Below, piece by piece: positions 49,537 through 59,775 of a stretch of DNA of 64,000 bases. The position numbers and the translations under genes are program-made. This DNA comes from Ignavibacteria bacterium. GTDB taxonomy: Bacteria > Bacteroidota > Ignavibacteria > Kapaibacteriales > UBA961. The stretch spans positions 34,552-98,551 of the forward strand of contig CANLII010000005.1 in NCBI GenBank assembly GCA_947491315.1, given 5' to 3'. The notes beneath the pieces were generated by a model. It was given only the letters and a program-made list of their open reading frames with translations, had not been told where the DNA came from and searched no databases. The stretch's first letter is position 1; each line of letters opens with the position of its first letter.

Positions 49537-52473
49537 TTATCTATTGATTAGTATTGGATAATGACCAAGTATGCTTCCATTGCTTAATACCATGAGGGAA
49601 TATGCGCCAGAGTGAAGATTCCTCACATCCAGAAATAGGTAAAATTCTCTTTGTTCGGCAGAGTAAGACCTTATATCGATTTCATTACCCATGATATCAA
49701 ACAATCTCCATTCCAATTCTTTTGCTTCTGGAATTGTGATGGTGATAAATTCTTTGGCCGGAAGAGGAAAAACGGATGTACCGACAGGACGTTCTTCGGA
49801 AATATCAGTGCTTCGTCCAATGCTGATATCATCGATCCACCAACCATCTGCTTGGAAGGATGCTCCTGAGAAGAATCGCAATCGGAATAATGTGGTGTCT
49901 GATTGAGGCGTGAATAGAATTTGTTCAGGTTTCCAATCATCAGCATTGGTGATGCTGTCTTGCCATGGAGCGAACATTGTGGAATTGTATCTGCCAATGA
50001 CCGACCAACTATCTCCCCAATTCTGTGAAAGTTCAACCACAGCGGAATCCGTTGGATCCACAAGTGCGGCATGCATGAATCGCATGGCATGCTCTGTTTG
50101 GGGTAGCGTTTTCACTGGCATCAGGATAAAGGTGTCTCTCGCATTTCTCACATATTGTCCGGTGGGTGATTCAGTCAATGCATTTGCGCCACTGAAAGCA
50201 AAAACAGAACTCGTGGAAAATCTGCCAGAAGTATAATATGCGCGAAGTGGATCTGCATCGAAGTGTTCGGAATAAGATGATTCAATCTTGCCACCAAAGA
50301 CCAAACGTCTTGGCGTTCTTGCACTTTCATATTTGGACTGGTCGGTAAGACTCAATGAATATTCATACCAGCCTTCAATTGGCAAGGTATCATTGAATGC
50401 TTTGATCGAACCGGTATCCGTAATTGTAATTGGGTATTCTCTGATCTTGCTTCCATCTCTGAATACTGTTAATGTATTCGGATTGATGAATGGAGTGATG
50501 GAATCTGCTCTGAAGCTCGGAATGCGGATTGACAATGATACAATATTCAAATCACCGATTGTTTTTGCAGAGATGAGATTCGGCATTTGAGGAAGTTTGG
50601 CGCCTCCTGCCGTTGCCTTTACCTCGCGGATTGCACTTGTATCAATGCCAGCAACTACGCGAATGCCATAGGTATATGTTTTGAATGCGGTTACAGTGAC
50701 ATCATTAAATGTTTCCAAATCACCTGCCACTTCAGTAAGAAATGCATTGTTTCTATAGAGCACATACTTGATCGGTGCATCTAATGGCTGATCAAATACT
50801 CTTGCTTTTGGGGCTTTCCAGAATAATCGAATAGAAGTTGTATCAGTGGAAGAAGGTCTTGCAGTGAATGGATATGCCGGTTGAGGAATGCGCGTATTCA
50901 CGATTGCTGTATATGCATCATTATCAATTTTGGTCGTTCCTGCATTACGCATGTCTACCCATGATGGATAAATGATGCCATCATACATTGCGCAACCGCT
51001 ATAATCACCGGCAAAGACATTATTCCGAAAAGGATTATTTCGCAAATCGCTCTGTGCCTCTGAAGCCCTGCGATCCATCCATGTATCACCACCGTCTCTT
51101 GAATAACTCACATAACAATTCGTGATGATATTATTCGGATCATCTCGAGAATCAAGATACATGATGCCCAAATCTCCATTCGTGGGATCAATTGCAATCC
51201 AATGCCAAAATTGATCATTGGTTTCGGTTGAATGTACCATGATTGGTTTTGACCAAGATTCGCCTTTATCAGTGGAGCGAGAAAAATAGACATTCGGAAT
51301 GCTATCGGCAGACCATGACAGATAGAGCCAGCCTCTTCGCGGACCATTCGTCAAATCGCATGTCATTGAAGGATATGCCTCAGCTCTCACTCCTCCCTTA
51401 ACCGTATGTCGCACGCCCTCATCCAATACTTTTACTTTTCCGAATGAACGATATGTTTGAATCAAACGAGGTGAAGTGAAAGTAGTACCACCATCCATGG
51501 ATTTAGCGAAACCTATGCTGGATTTTGGACCAAAATTCCATACTGTATACACTTCGCCTTCGGGACCAGTTACTGTCAATGGGAAACTCTGACCAAATGT
51601 GGTATCTTCTGAAATTCCCGGAACTCGATCGCTCACGGGAACGGGCATAGACCAAGTACTTCCTTTGTCTGTTGAATATACATTTACGATTTGAGTGGAT
51701 GAATCACGATTGATCACGCGCTTCCAAGGAATATATAGTCTGTCCACATAAGGAGAAGTCGGTGAATTATCAGCCCAGATATAATATTTGTCTTCAAAAG
51801 TTGAATCAGGAGTTTGCTCTCCCAAGTGCTGAATAACGGGAATGTGTTTTGCCCATGTCACTCCACCATCGGTTGTTCTCGCAAAGAATACACCATTTTC
51901 CGGTGATGCTTTGCTTCTGTCTCCAAATGCACCATAGACCAAATAACCCGTTCCATCGCGACTAAAAGCTACTGATGGATCATTGCTTGAAGTGGTCATT
52001 TTGGGTGGTTTTCCAAGATTAATATTCTTCCATGTTCTGCCACCATCCATCGAATAATACACCCAAGCCGATGAACTTGCGCGGTAGTCAACAGCAGATC
52101 CAATAAGATTCATTGGATTTTTGGGATTCACCGCTATCGAAGATTCATTCTGCACAGGTAATTGATCTGTTTCAGCGGTGATCATGTTTACATCATCAAA
52201 GAAACTAGGATTGGTGAGTGAATTCGTAATCATCGGAATCATTGGCGTGAGAGGAATTTCTCTGCCGATATCAGGTGTCGGATGTGCTGATTCCATATAT
52301 CTTCGAAGAGCATCTCCCGCCTTTTTTACTTCAATCAATAGATCGCTCTGTGCCTGAAGTTCAAATGGAAGTATCGTGAAACAGAAAATTGAGAATAGGA
52401 GTGTATGCAAGTATTTCATGATCATAAATGTATTGTTTAACTGATTATGTAAAACTATGTTTTTCAGACTCAT
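49537..52473 (-). CDS. BNR/Asp-box repeat (sialidase / sortilin-like beta-propeller) secreted protein with T9SS C-terminal sorting domain
   Basis: Signal peptide. At least 6 S-x-D-x-G-x-T-W Asp-box repeats (YSMDGGRTW, TTDGGVTW, STDKGSTW, KSMDGGTTF, RSTDKGESW, YSRDGGDTW). The C-terminal about 80 aa resemble a Por secretion C-terminal domain. 978 aa. Confidence 0.6.
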   Translation of the reverse strand: MSLKNIVLHNQLNNTFMIMKYLHTLLFSIFCFTILPFELQAQSDLLIEVKKAGDALRRYMESAHPTPDIGREIPLTPMIPMITNSLTNPSFFDDVNMITAETDQLPVQNESSIAVNPKNPMNLIGSAVDYRASSSAWVYYSMDGGRTWKNINLGKPPKMTTSSNDPSVAFSRDGTGYLVYGAFGDRSKASPENGVFFARTTDGGVTWAKHIPVIQHLGEQTPDSTFEDKYYIWADNSPTSPYVDRLYIPWKRVINRDSSTQIVNVYSTDKGSTWSMPVPVSDRVPGISEDTTFGQSFPLTVTGPEGEVYTVWNFGPKSSIGFAKSMDGGTTFTSPRLIQTYRSFGKVKVLDEGVRHTVKGGVRAEAYPSMTCDLTNGPRRGWLYLSWSADSIPNVYFSRSTDKGESWSKPIMVHSTETNDQFWHWIAIDPTNGDLGIMYLDSRDDPNNIITNCYVSYSRDGGDTWMDRRASEAQSDLRNNPFRNNVFAGDYSGCAMYDGIIYPSWVDMRNAGTTKIDNDAYTAIVNTRIPQPAYPFTARPSSTDTTSIRLFWKAPKARVFDQPLDAPIKYVLYRNNAFLTEVAGDLETFNDVTVTAFKTYTYGIRVVAGIDTSAIREVKATAGGAKLPQMPNLISAKTIGDLNIVSLSIRIPSFRADSITPFINPNTLTVFRDGSKIREYPITITDTGSIKAFNDTLPIEGWYEYSLSLTDQSKYESARTPRRLVFGGKIESSYSEHFDADPLRAYYTSGRFSTSSVFAFSGANALTESPTGQYVRNARDTFILMPVKTLPQTEHAMRFMHAALVDPTDSAVVELSQNWGDSWSVIGRYNSTMFAPWQDSITNADDWKPEQILFTPQSDTTLFRLRFFSGASFQADGWWIDDISIGRSTDISEERPVGTSVFPLPAKEFITITIPEAKELEWRLFDIMGNEIDIRSYSAEQREFYLFLDVRNLHSGAYSLMVLSNGSILGHYPILINR

Positions 52474-52526
52474 GCAAAAGCACGAAATTTATGGGAATAT
52501 ACACATAATCAACATGGAAAACCATC

Positions 52527-53426
52527 ATGCGTACACTAGGAAAATCAAGTAATTTTTTGGCAATTGAAAGTGCTTATTCGAATCTTGAGAAATCTTCCGT
52601 GGCTATTGTATCAGCTCCATATGAGCATACCGTGAGTTATGGCGGTGGAGCGGGTAAAGGACCCAAAGCAATTCTAGATGCAAGTGCTTATGTGGAATTC
52701 TATGATGATGAATTCAATCGCGAACTTTGTTTTGATATTGGTATTGCCACCATGAAACCCATTGCATTTGGAACATCTGTTCATGAAAAAGCATTGAACA
52801 TTATCGAAAAACAAGTGGAAGAACTTTTGGAGAAAGGAAAATTTGTGGTCACTTTGGGTGGCGAACATACAATATCAACTGCGCCAATTAAAGCCCATTT
52901 CAAGAATTATCCTAAGATGTCCGTGCTTCATTTTGATGCGCATTCCGATTTACGCGATACATATGAAGGAACTCCATATTCACATGCATGCTTTATGTCC
53001 AGAGTTTGTGAATTCATGAAACCCAAATCCATCACTCAAGTCGGTATTCGTGCTCAATGCAAAGAAGAAGCGGAATTCATCAAGAAAAAAGGCGTGAACA
53101 CATTCTATGCTTCAGCCATCAGAAGAGGTCTGCACGGAAAGAGGTGGCAAAAATCGGTGATTGATTCTTTGTCCAAAGATGTGTATGTCACATTCGATGT
53201 CGATTATTTCGATCCATCGATCATGCCTTCCACCGGGACGCCCGAACCGGATGGTTTTTTGTACTCTGAAACACTTGATGTTTTTCGTGAATTGATCAAA
53301 TCAGGAAGAAGGATTGTAGGATTTGACATCGTTGAGCTTGCCCCCGAGAAAAAAGTAAATCATCCGGATTTGACCACAGCGAGATTGCTGTATAAAATGC
53401 TGAACTATGCATTTGCCAAAAAGTAG
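52527..53426 (+). CDS. speB: Agmatinase (ureohydrolase / arginase family)
   Basis: Mn-binding motifs (…HFDAHSDLRD…, …DVDYFDPS…, …SGGEH…). 299 aa. Confidence 0.8.
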   Translation: MRTLGKSSNFLAIESAYSNLEKSSVAIVSAPYEHTVSYGGGAGKGPKAILDASAYVEFYDDEFNRELCFDIGIATMKPIAFGTSVHEKALNIIEKQVEELLEKGKFVVTLGGEHTISTAPIKAHFKNYPKMSVLHFDAHSDLRDTYEGTPYSHACFMSRVCEFMKPKSITQVGIRAQCKEEAEFIKKKGVNTFYASAIRRGLHGKRWQKSVIDSLSKDVYVTFDVDYFDPSIMPSTGTPEPDGFLYSETLDVFRELIKSGRRIVGFDIVELAPEKKVNHPDLTTARLLYKMLNYAFAKK

Positions 53427-54158
53427 TTAAGTTGTTTTTTTGAGTTCGAGTATTTGACCGTCGAATTCAGCATAAGTGGCAGGGAAGGAAAGCCAATGTC
53501 CGAGATTGACATATACACCATTGCCGAATGAAGTGACTTCGGCTTTGTGTTTATGTCCCATGATAACAAAATCAAACTGTTCATTCTGAATCTTCTTTTC
53601 GGCAAATTCGCGCAATCCATCACCGATTGATTGCTCTCCATATTCTTTGGCATCGGTATGCATTCTGCTTCCTCGAGAAGCCCATGTGGCTATGCGAATA
53701 CCGATATCGGGATGAATCCAACGGAAAAGTGTCTTGCTGATCGGACTTCGTAGAATTTTTTTGAGAATAAGATATCCGGTATCATTATACGCTTTGCCAT
53801 CTCCATGCGCGAGATAGAAACGCTTACCGGAAATATCGCAAGTGATATCATCTTCAAATACAGTAATACCGAACTCTTCCTTGAAAAAAGAGACATGTCC
53901 GAAATCATGATTACCCATCAGATAGGTCACGGATTTCCCTTGAATTGTCCAATGTTTCAATTCCGCTAATGTTCTGTAAAACTGCTTCGGAATCACTGTT
54001 GAATATTCGAACCAAAAATCAAAGAGATCCCCAATGATAAAGAGAGATTCGCAGTCATTCTCAATGGATCGAAGAAATGCTATGAAAGCTGTTTCGCGCT
54101 CCATTTGCTGTTCTGCTGAACCTAAACCAAGATGTATGTCTGAAATGAAATAGATCAT
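53427..54158 (-). CDS. Calcineurin-like metallophosphoesterase, LpxH-type UDP-2,3-diacylglucosamine diphosphatase-like
   Basis: MIYFISDIHLG… and …GDLFDFW… are metallophosphoesterase motifs I/II, and …GNHD… is motif III. 243 aa. Confidence 0.65.
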   Translation of the reverse strand: MIYFISDIHLGLGSAEQQMERETAFIAFLRSIENDCESLFIIGDLFDFWFEYSTVIPKQFYRTLAELKHWTIQGKSVTYLMGNHDFGHVSFFKEEFGITVFEDDITCDISGKRFYLAHGDGKAYNDTGYLILKKILRSPISKTLFRWIHPDIGIRIATWASRGSRMHTDAKEYGEQSIGDGLREFAEKKIQNEQFDFVIMGHKHKAEVTSFGNGVYVNLGHWLSFPATYAEFDGQILELKKTT

Positions 54159-54184
54159 TCTATCATCAAGAAATCGGAAGATAT

Positions 54185-55450
54185 ATGCATATTCAAACCA
54201 TGAAACTACGAATTAAATGGGAATACTTCATCGCTGTCTTTCTGTGCTCGGTATTCATTATTGAAGCTCAAGATCGTAAATGTGGGGGAGAAATGCTGCT
54301 TGATGGATCGGAACCATTGATTTCGATAGGACTAGATACAACAGGTCATTGGTGGTCGATAACATCACCTTTTTCCAGAAGATATGCAGTGACAATTGAT
54401 GGAAAAAAAGGAATGGATGTGGATTCATTGAAAGCGCCAATATTCTCTCCGGATGGTCAATATTTTGCATATCCAATGCAGAAAAATGGCATTTGGTCAA
54501 TCATGACTAATGATACAATTATTCCACTTGGAGCCGGCATTCCGGGGTATATTGGTTTTTCGAGATATGGCATTCTGGCTTATACCGTGATTGATGGTCA
54601 AAGCGAAACATTATATATACTTCGAGAAGAAGGCATTTTTTCACAAGTACTCATACATCGCATTGGTGACATAGCATTGAGTTTTGATGGTAATCAATGG
54701 GCATATCGTTCTCGTAGAGCTGGTGGAATTGCACTCATAGTGAATGATGAAGAAATCGGCAGATTTGAGGAATGCTTGATGGCAGGATTCATGCTCGATA
54801 ATTCTTTTGTATATGCCAGTAAACAGGGAGACTTATGGCGAGTAAACAAGAATGATGAAGAAATGCTTACAGCACAATTTCTGAGATTCCTTCAAGTGAA
54901 TCAATCAGGTAGTTTTTTCGCATGCGCTTATGGAAATGGGACAAGGGTAACCGGATTTTTGTATTCAAATGAATTCATAAAGCCACTCGAAACACAATCA
55001 TATGATCGCATTGATGATCTTGTTCTTCACCCTTTTGAACCAATGATGGGTTTGACAGCATTCAAAGCTGGGATGAATATCATTGTGATGAATACGGCGG
55101 AATATGATGCGGGAATCAATGTTGGACCGATTAGATTCACGCATGATGGACAGGAAGTCTATCTCTGCGGGGATTCACAGCAAGATCCATTCATTATCGT
55201 GAATGGTCAAAAATTTATGCAGAAAAATGCATTGGACATCAATAGATTCTATGCGATGTCGCCCAAAAGTGGAACATTCGCATATGCCACTTCATCTGCG
55301 ATGATCATGCAGAGAATGAGTGATGGATTTACTTTTGCTGGAATGATGGCGGACTATGTCACAGCTCCAATATTCAATCATAGAACAGATGCATATGAAT
55401 CACTGGGAGTGGTCAATAATCGATTATTTCTGATGTATTGCAAACCATAA
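54185..55450 (+). CDS. Secreted hypothetical protein with TolB/PD40-like beta-propeller repeats
   Basis: Signal peptide. Recurring …SPDGQYFAY / SFDGNQWAY / THDGQEVY / SPKSGTFAY blades. Confidence 0.4.
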   Translation: MHIQTMKLRIKWEYFIAVFLCSVFIIEAQDRKCGGEMLLDGSEPLISIGLDTTGHWWSITSPFSRRYAVTIDGKKGMDVDSLKAPIFSPDGQYFAYPMQKNGIWSIMTNDTIIPLGAGIPGYIGFSRYGILAYTVIDGQSETLYILREEGIFSQVLIHRIGDIALSFDGNQWAYRSRRAGGIALIVNDEEIGRFEECLMAGFMLDNSFVYASKQGDLWRVNKNDEEMLTAQFLRFLQVNQSGSFFACAYGNGTRVTGFLYSNEFIKPLETQSYDRIDDLVLHPFEPMMGLTAFKAGMNIIVMNTAEYDAGINVGPIRFTHDGQEVYLCGDSQQDPFIIVNGQKFMQKNALDINRFYAMSPKSGTFAYATSSAMIMQRMSDGFTFAGMMADYVTAPIFNHRTDAYESLGVVNNRLFLMYCKP

Positions 55451-55474
55451 AAAAAGGCCCCGAAATTCGGGGCC
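55448..55474 (-). terminator. Rho-independent terminator (minus-strand sense) downstream of the lipoprotein gene
   Basis: Stem GGCCCCG / CGGGGCC with loop AAATT. A T-run follows on the minus strand (plus-strand A8 at 55448..55455). Confidence 0.55.
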
Positions 55475-55478
55475 TGCA

Positions 55479-56039
55479 TCAATTCATTCGATTTTCTTTG
55501 AAATTTTCCGTTTCCGGATCCAGGATTAGTTTCTTTAGGAGATCCATGATTTCTTTGTCGAGAATGCCATTTGAATTCCAGAAGTGAACTTCATTTGTCA
55601 CGCCTTCTTCATATCCGGAAATGCCGCATACAAGGGAAACTTGTGTTAAATCCTCTGCCAATTCACGAACCTTGAATTCATATTTCGCTCTACCTGCCAT
55701 CCAAGTGCCACCACGAATGACGGGAAGTCGACCATATCTCTCGAGCACTATAAAGGTTGTGTCTGCACCACCTGCGAATACTCTGAAGTCTGAACGGATG
55801 AATCCTCGATAGAGTCCTGTTTTTTCATCCATCTTTGGATCGCGTGTTGAAGGATCTGAAAAAGTACCTAATTCATAGAATGATTTTTTGATGCCCTTCC
55901 ACACAGTTCTGATCGATGCTTTCAAAGTGTCTTGAGTTGTGATTTGTGGTAGATCTTCCTCGAATTGTGCATGAAGCGTGGTAACATTCAGCATGCAGGA
56001 AGCGCATGTCATGATGAGAGCTATGAGAATATGTTTCAT
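55479..56039 (-). CDS. Hypothetical lipoprotein
   Basis: Signal peptide with lipobox (MTCASC). 186 aa. Lies downstream of smc on the same strand. Confidence 0.4.
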   Translation of the reverse strand: MKHILIALIMTCASCMLNVTTLHAQFEEDLPQITTQDTLKASIRTVWKGIKKSFYELGTFSDPSTRDPKMDEKTGLYRGFIRSDFRVFAGGADTTFIVLERYGRLPVIRGGTWMAGRAKYEFKVRELAEDLTQVSLVCGISGYEEGVTNEVHFWNSNGILDKEIMDLLKKLILDPETENFKENRMN

Positions 56040-56066
56040 GTCATTGCAAAGATTTGTGGATAAAGA

Positions 56067-59000
56067 TCAAGAACCGGTTAAACGCACAGAAACAACTTTG
56101 GATACACCTTCTTCTTCTTGGGTGACGCCATAGAGCGTATCAGCGGCTTCCATGGTTTTCTTATTATGGGTGATCATCAGGAATTGGGTCTTTTCACTGA
56201 AATTCTTGATGAGGTGCAAATAACGATCGATATTCGCATCGTCGAGAGGTGCATCAACCTCGTCCAAAATACAAAATGGACTTGGTTTGACAAGATAGAT
56301 CGCAAAGAGTAATGCAATCGCAGTGAGTGTTTTTTCACCTGCAGAAAGTAATTCTATGGATTGTGGCCTTTTTCCCGGTGGCTTGGCGGTAATCTCAATG
56401 GAACATTCCAGTGAATCGCCTTCGCCGAGATGAATTTCTGCTTCTCCGCGACCGCTAAATAATGTGGCAAAGAGATCTTTGAAATGTCCTCTAATCTGCT
56501 CAAATGTATCATTGAAGCGCTGTTGAGCGGTTTGATTGATTTCATCCATAGTGGCCTGTAATGACTCTTCTGCTTGGGATAAATCGGCAAGCTGACTCTT
56601 CAGGAATTCCAGGCGCTCATGTTCTTTTTCATATTCTTCCAATGCAAGGAAATTGACATTCCCAAGATGTTGCAGTCGATTGGACAATTTTCTCGCTTTC
56701 TCTTTTTCGATCAATTCAACAAAATCTTGGGGTAATGTCCATGATTCGGGAAGATTGGAAAAATCAATAGAGGGATACTGTTCTTCAATTTTCTCGAGAA
56801 TACGCTTGAATTCAATTTGAGCATGTTGAAGACTCAGCTCTGTGGCATGTACTTGTTCGGTGATTGCATGTTCCAGAGTGCGAATCTCGCCTTCGAAATT
56901 GCGTACTTGTTGTCTTTTTTCCTTGAAATCACGGGCTTTATCTTGTCTTTGAGAAATAGCTTCTTGCAAACTTTTTACGCGTTCTTCTTCTTCCACCAAA
57001 TCAGATGCAACAGCATTCATTGCAGATTCGAGTATCATTTGTTCATTGCCTGCTCTTTCCTGTTCATCTTTGAGATACTGCAATTGCTCGGTTTTCTGAG
57101 AAATGATCTCTTCCAATCGACGAATCTCTGAAGCCGCCGATCTTTCCTCGCCTCGCTTTTGCACAAGTGTAATTTCGGATTGCCTGAATGCATTTTCAGA
57201 ATTGATCAATTGAGTATCTGTCTCTTGAATGCGCATCAAAATTGATTTTTTGAGTTCATCAGCTTCAAAGCGTTTTGAATTAACATCATCCATTGCTTCA
57301 TTCAAACTTGTATTACTGCCTTTGAATTCAGTCAATTCGGAATGAAGATTGCGCAATGTATCATCTTGCTTTTCTCTCGCAGATTCAAGCGCTTCTTTGC
57401 GATATCGCAACTTGGATAATTCTTGCTCGAACAGATTACGATCAAATTCAGCTTTGCGAACCTGTTCTGTCAACTTCTTGATATCGATGGCATCATGATT
57501 TGCTTTTGTGGAAGAAATTTCAGCATTCAATGCTTCAATATCTTTTATCAAAGCATCCAATGATTTTTGTTGCTTGGCGATTTGTTCTCTTCTACCAATC
57601 CTCTTTCCTTCTGAAGAGGAAATAGAACCACCGCGAATGATTCCTTCCGCGCCATAGATTTCACCACGAAGCGTGATGCATGTGCAATCGGGATTGCTTT
57701 TTCTGACAATATTTGCAGTATCTACAGATTCAACAATCAGAGTCTTGCCGAGAAGTATTCTGAGTGAATGTCGTATTGTATCATCAACAGATACAATTTC
57801 ACTTGCCCAACCAATAATTCCTGATACTTGTGGCTGTTTGCCTGGTGCAGAACTAGCTGGAATGAATTCTCTACACAGAAAAGATGCTTTGCCTTTGGAT
57901 GCTTTTTCTAATTCTTCGCAGCCTTGCATTGCTTCTTTCATGGTGTCGACCACAAAATAACCGCCGGCATCACCGAGCGCAGCTTCAATCGCGATTCCGA
58001 TGGCTTCATCAGCATTGATGATTTCTGCTAAAGTAATTTTACCTGATGCAGGAATCCATGTCTTTGATGATGACAAATACACCGAACTTTCATTGGTTTC
58101 AACAAGATTGGAAAGGAATTCGATGGAAGCCGTCAAGCGACCTTTCTCATTTTGTTTTTCGGCGCTCGTCTCACGCAATGAGCCAATGCGTGACTGCAAT
58201 TCAGCAATATGTTCTTGTGCATCTTGCAAAGTGACTTCAGTTTCTCTCAATGCACTCGCAAATTGCTCCTGATCTTTGGTTTTTATAATAATCTCTTGAA
58301 TGACTATTTCAAGTGATTGCTTGGTACCAGAGATTTCACCTTCGGTTTCTGCAATGCGTCTTTCGAGTCCGGCTATGCGCTCGGAAGCTCTGTCTGAAGC
58401 AGATCTTCTTTCGGCAATGGTCTTGTCAAGAATTGCCAATATCTCATCATATTGTTTTGCTTCGCCACGAAGCTCTTGAGCTTTATTTCGAACATCTTCT
58501 CTTGCTTCGCGGTAATTCTTTACTTCTGTTTCAAGCGCATCACATTGAGCGTATAATTCAGCAACTCTTTCCTTTGATCTCTCGAGTGCATTCATTGCTT
58601 CGCTTCTGGTATGATCAGCTTCATTGGCCTGATCCATAGCACGCACAATTGCTTCACTGAATGCTTTGATTCTTTCAATGCTCACAGCTTTCTGTTGTGA
58701 CATCGCAGCCAAATGCTTACTTGAATCATTCAACTGATTCTGTAATTCACGCATTTCGGCTTCGAATTGTTCTGCTTCAGCTTCCAGTGCTATGCGCGCT
58801 TGTTCTGCATCATGCAATTCTTTTTCCAGATTGGTTTTGCGTTCAATCAATGGAATGAGTTCTGCTTTTTTTGCAACAAGTAAAGTATCAATCTTCACAT
58901 AATCATGATGCAAAATCCATGCTTCGGTTTGTCGTAATTCATCAGTGATTTCACCATGCAGCTTGGCCTTTTCAGCTTGACGTTGTAATGTATACACTGT

Positions 59001-59600
59001 CTTTTGCACTTCACGCATGATATCCTGCACGCGCTCCACATCAGCTTTGATAGATTCAATTCTGCGTCTAGTTTCTTTTCTGCGGGCTTTATATTTCGTA
59101 ACACCGGCAGCTTCTTCGAAGAGATGTCTTCGGTCATCAGTTCTATCACTCAATATTTTTTCAATCATCTTGAGCTCAATGACGGAATATGCATCCGCAC
59201 CCATTCCAGTGTCCATGAAGAGATCAATGATATCTCGCAGACGACATTGCGTTTTGTTCAAGAAATACTGACTTTCTCCATTGCGATAGAGTCTTCGAGT
59301 GAGTGTCACTTCGGTGTATTCTGTTGGGAGAATATTACGATTATTTTGAATGGTGAGGGAAACTTCTGCAAGGCCCACAGGACGACGCGTTCTTGTTCCA
59401 TTGAAAATCACATTTTCCATTGCATCAGATCGTAGCACGGATGTTTTTTGTTCCCCGAGAGCCCATCTGATAGCATCCACGATATTTGTTTTTCCGCAAC
59501 CATTGGGACCAACAATGGCGGATAGTCCGCCCTCAAAACTAAGTGAGGTTTTTTGAGCGAATGATTTAAAACCAATTATATCGACAGAAGATAGATACAT
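56067..59600 (-). CDS. smc: Chromosome segregation protein SMC
   Basis: 1177 aa. N-terminal Walker A (GPNGCGKTNI), long coiled coils, central hinge, C-terminal signature and Walker B (…LSAGEKTLTAIALLFAIY…ILDEVDAPLD…). Confidence 0.9.
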   Translation of the reverse strand: MYLSSVDIIGFKSFAQKTSLSFEGGLSAIVGPNGCGKTNIVDAIRWALGEQKTSVLRSDAMENVIFNGTRTRRPVGLAEVSLTIQNNRNILPTEYTEVTLTRRLYRNGESQYFLNKTQCRLRDIIDLFMDTGMGADAYSVIELKMIEKILSDRTDDRRHLFEEAAGVTKYKARRKETRRRIESIKADVERVQDIMREVQKTVYTLQRQAEKAKLHGEITDELRQTEAWILHHDYVKIDTLLVAKKAELIPLIERKTNLEKELHDAEQARIALEAEAEQFEAEMRELQNQLNDSSKHLAAMSQQKAVSIERIKAFSEAIVRAMDQANEADHTRSEAMNALERSKERVAELYAQCDALETEVKNYREAREDVRNKAQELRGEAKQYDEILAILDKTIAERRSASDRASERIAGLERRIAETEGEISGTKQSLEIVIQEIIIKTKDQEQFASALRETEVTLQDAQEHIAELQSRIGSLRETSAEKQNEKGRLTASIEFLSNLVETNESSVYLSSSKTWIPASGKITLAEIINADEAIGIAIEAALGDAGGYFVVDTMKEAMQGCEELEKASKGKASFLCREFIPASSAPGKQPQVSGIIGWASEIVSVDDTIRHSLRILLGKTLIVESVDTANIVRKSNPDCTCITLRGEIYGAEGIIRGGSISSSEGKRIGRREQIAKQQKSLDALIKDIEALNAEISSTKANHDAIDIKKLTEQVRKAEFDRNLFEQELSKLRYRKEALESAREKQDDTLRNLHSELTEFKGSNTSLNEAMDDVNSKRFEADELKKSILMRIQETDTQLINSENAFRQSEITLVQKRGEERSAASEIRRLEEIISQKTEQLQYLKDEQERAGNEQMILESAMNAVASDLVEEEERVKSLQEAISQRQDKARDFKEKRQQVRNFEGEIRTLEHAITEQVHATELSLQHAQIEFKRILEKIEEQYPSIDFSNLPESWTLPQDFVELIEKEKARKLSNRLQHLGNVNFLALEEYEKEHERLEFLKSQLADLSQAEESLQATMDEINQTAQQRFNDTFEQIRGHFKDLFATLFSGRGEAEIHLGEGDSLECSIEITAKPPGKRPQSIELLSAGEKTLTAIALLFAIYLVKPSPFCILDEVDAPLDDANIDRYLHLIKNFSEKTQFLMITHNKKTMEAADTLYGVTQEEEGVSKVVSVRLTGS

Positions 59601-59775
59601 GTTGATTCACGTATGTGAAATGGAATCTGGGGACTCATACAATGCCTTGCAAAAATACGAAGTGTACATGTTTTGCCCTGCCTTGCGTTTTCCACATGTC
59701 CACATTGAAGAAAAAGGCATAACTTTGTGAAAATCATCGATTTATCCACAGCTTCTCCCCCAATTTTCCAAATCT

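Noticed and set aside
59742-59750. Single consensus DnaA box upstream of the OstA-like gene, as evidence of an origin.
   Set aside because: One 9-mer is expected by chance in 64 kb, and there is no clustering, so it is mentioned only as a minor note.
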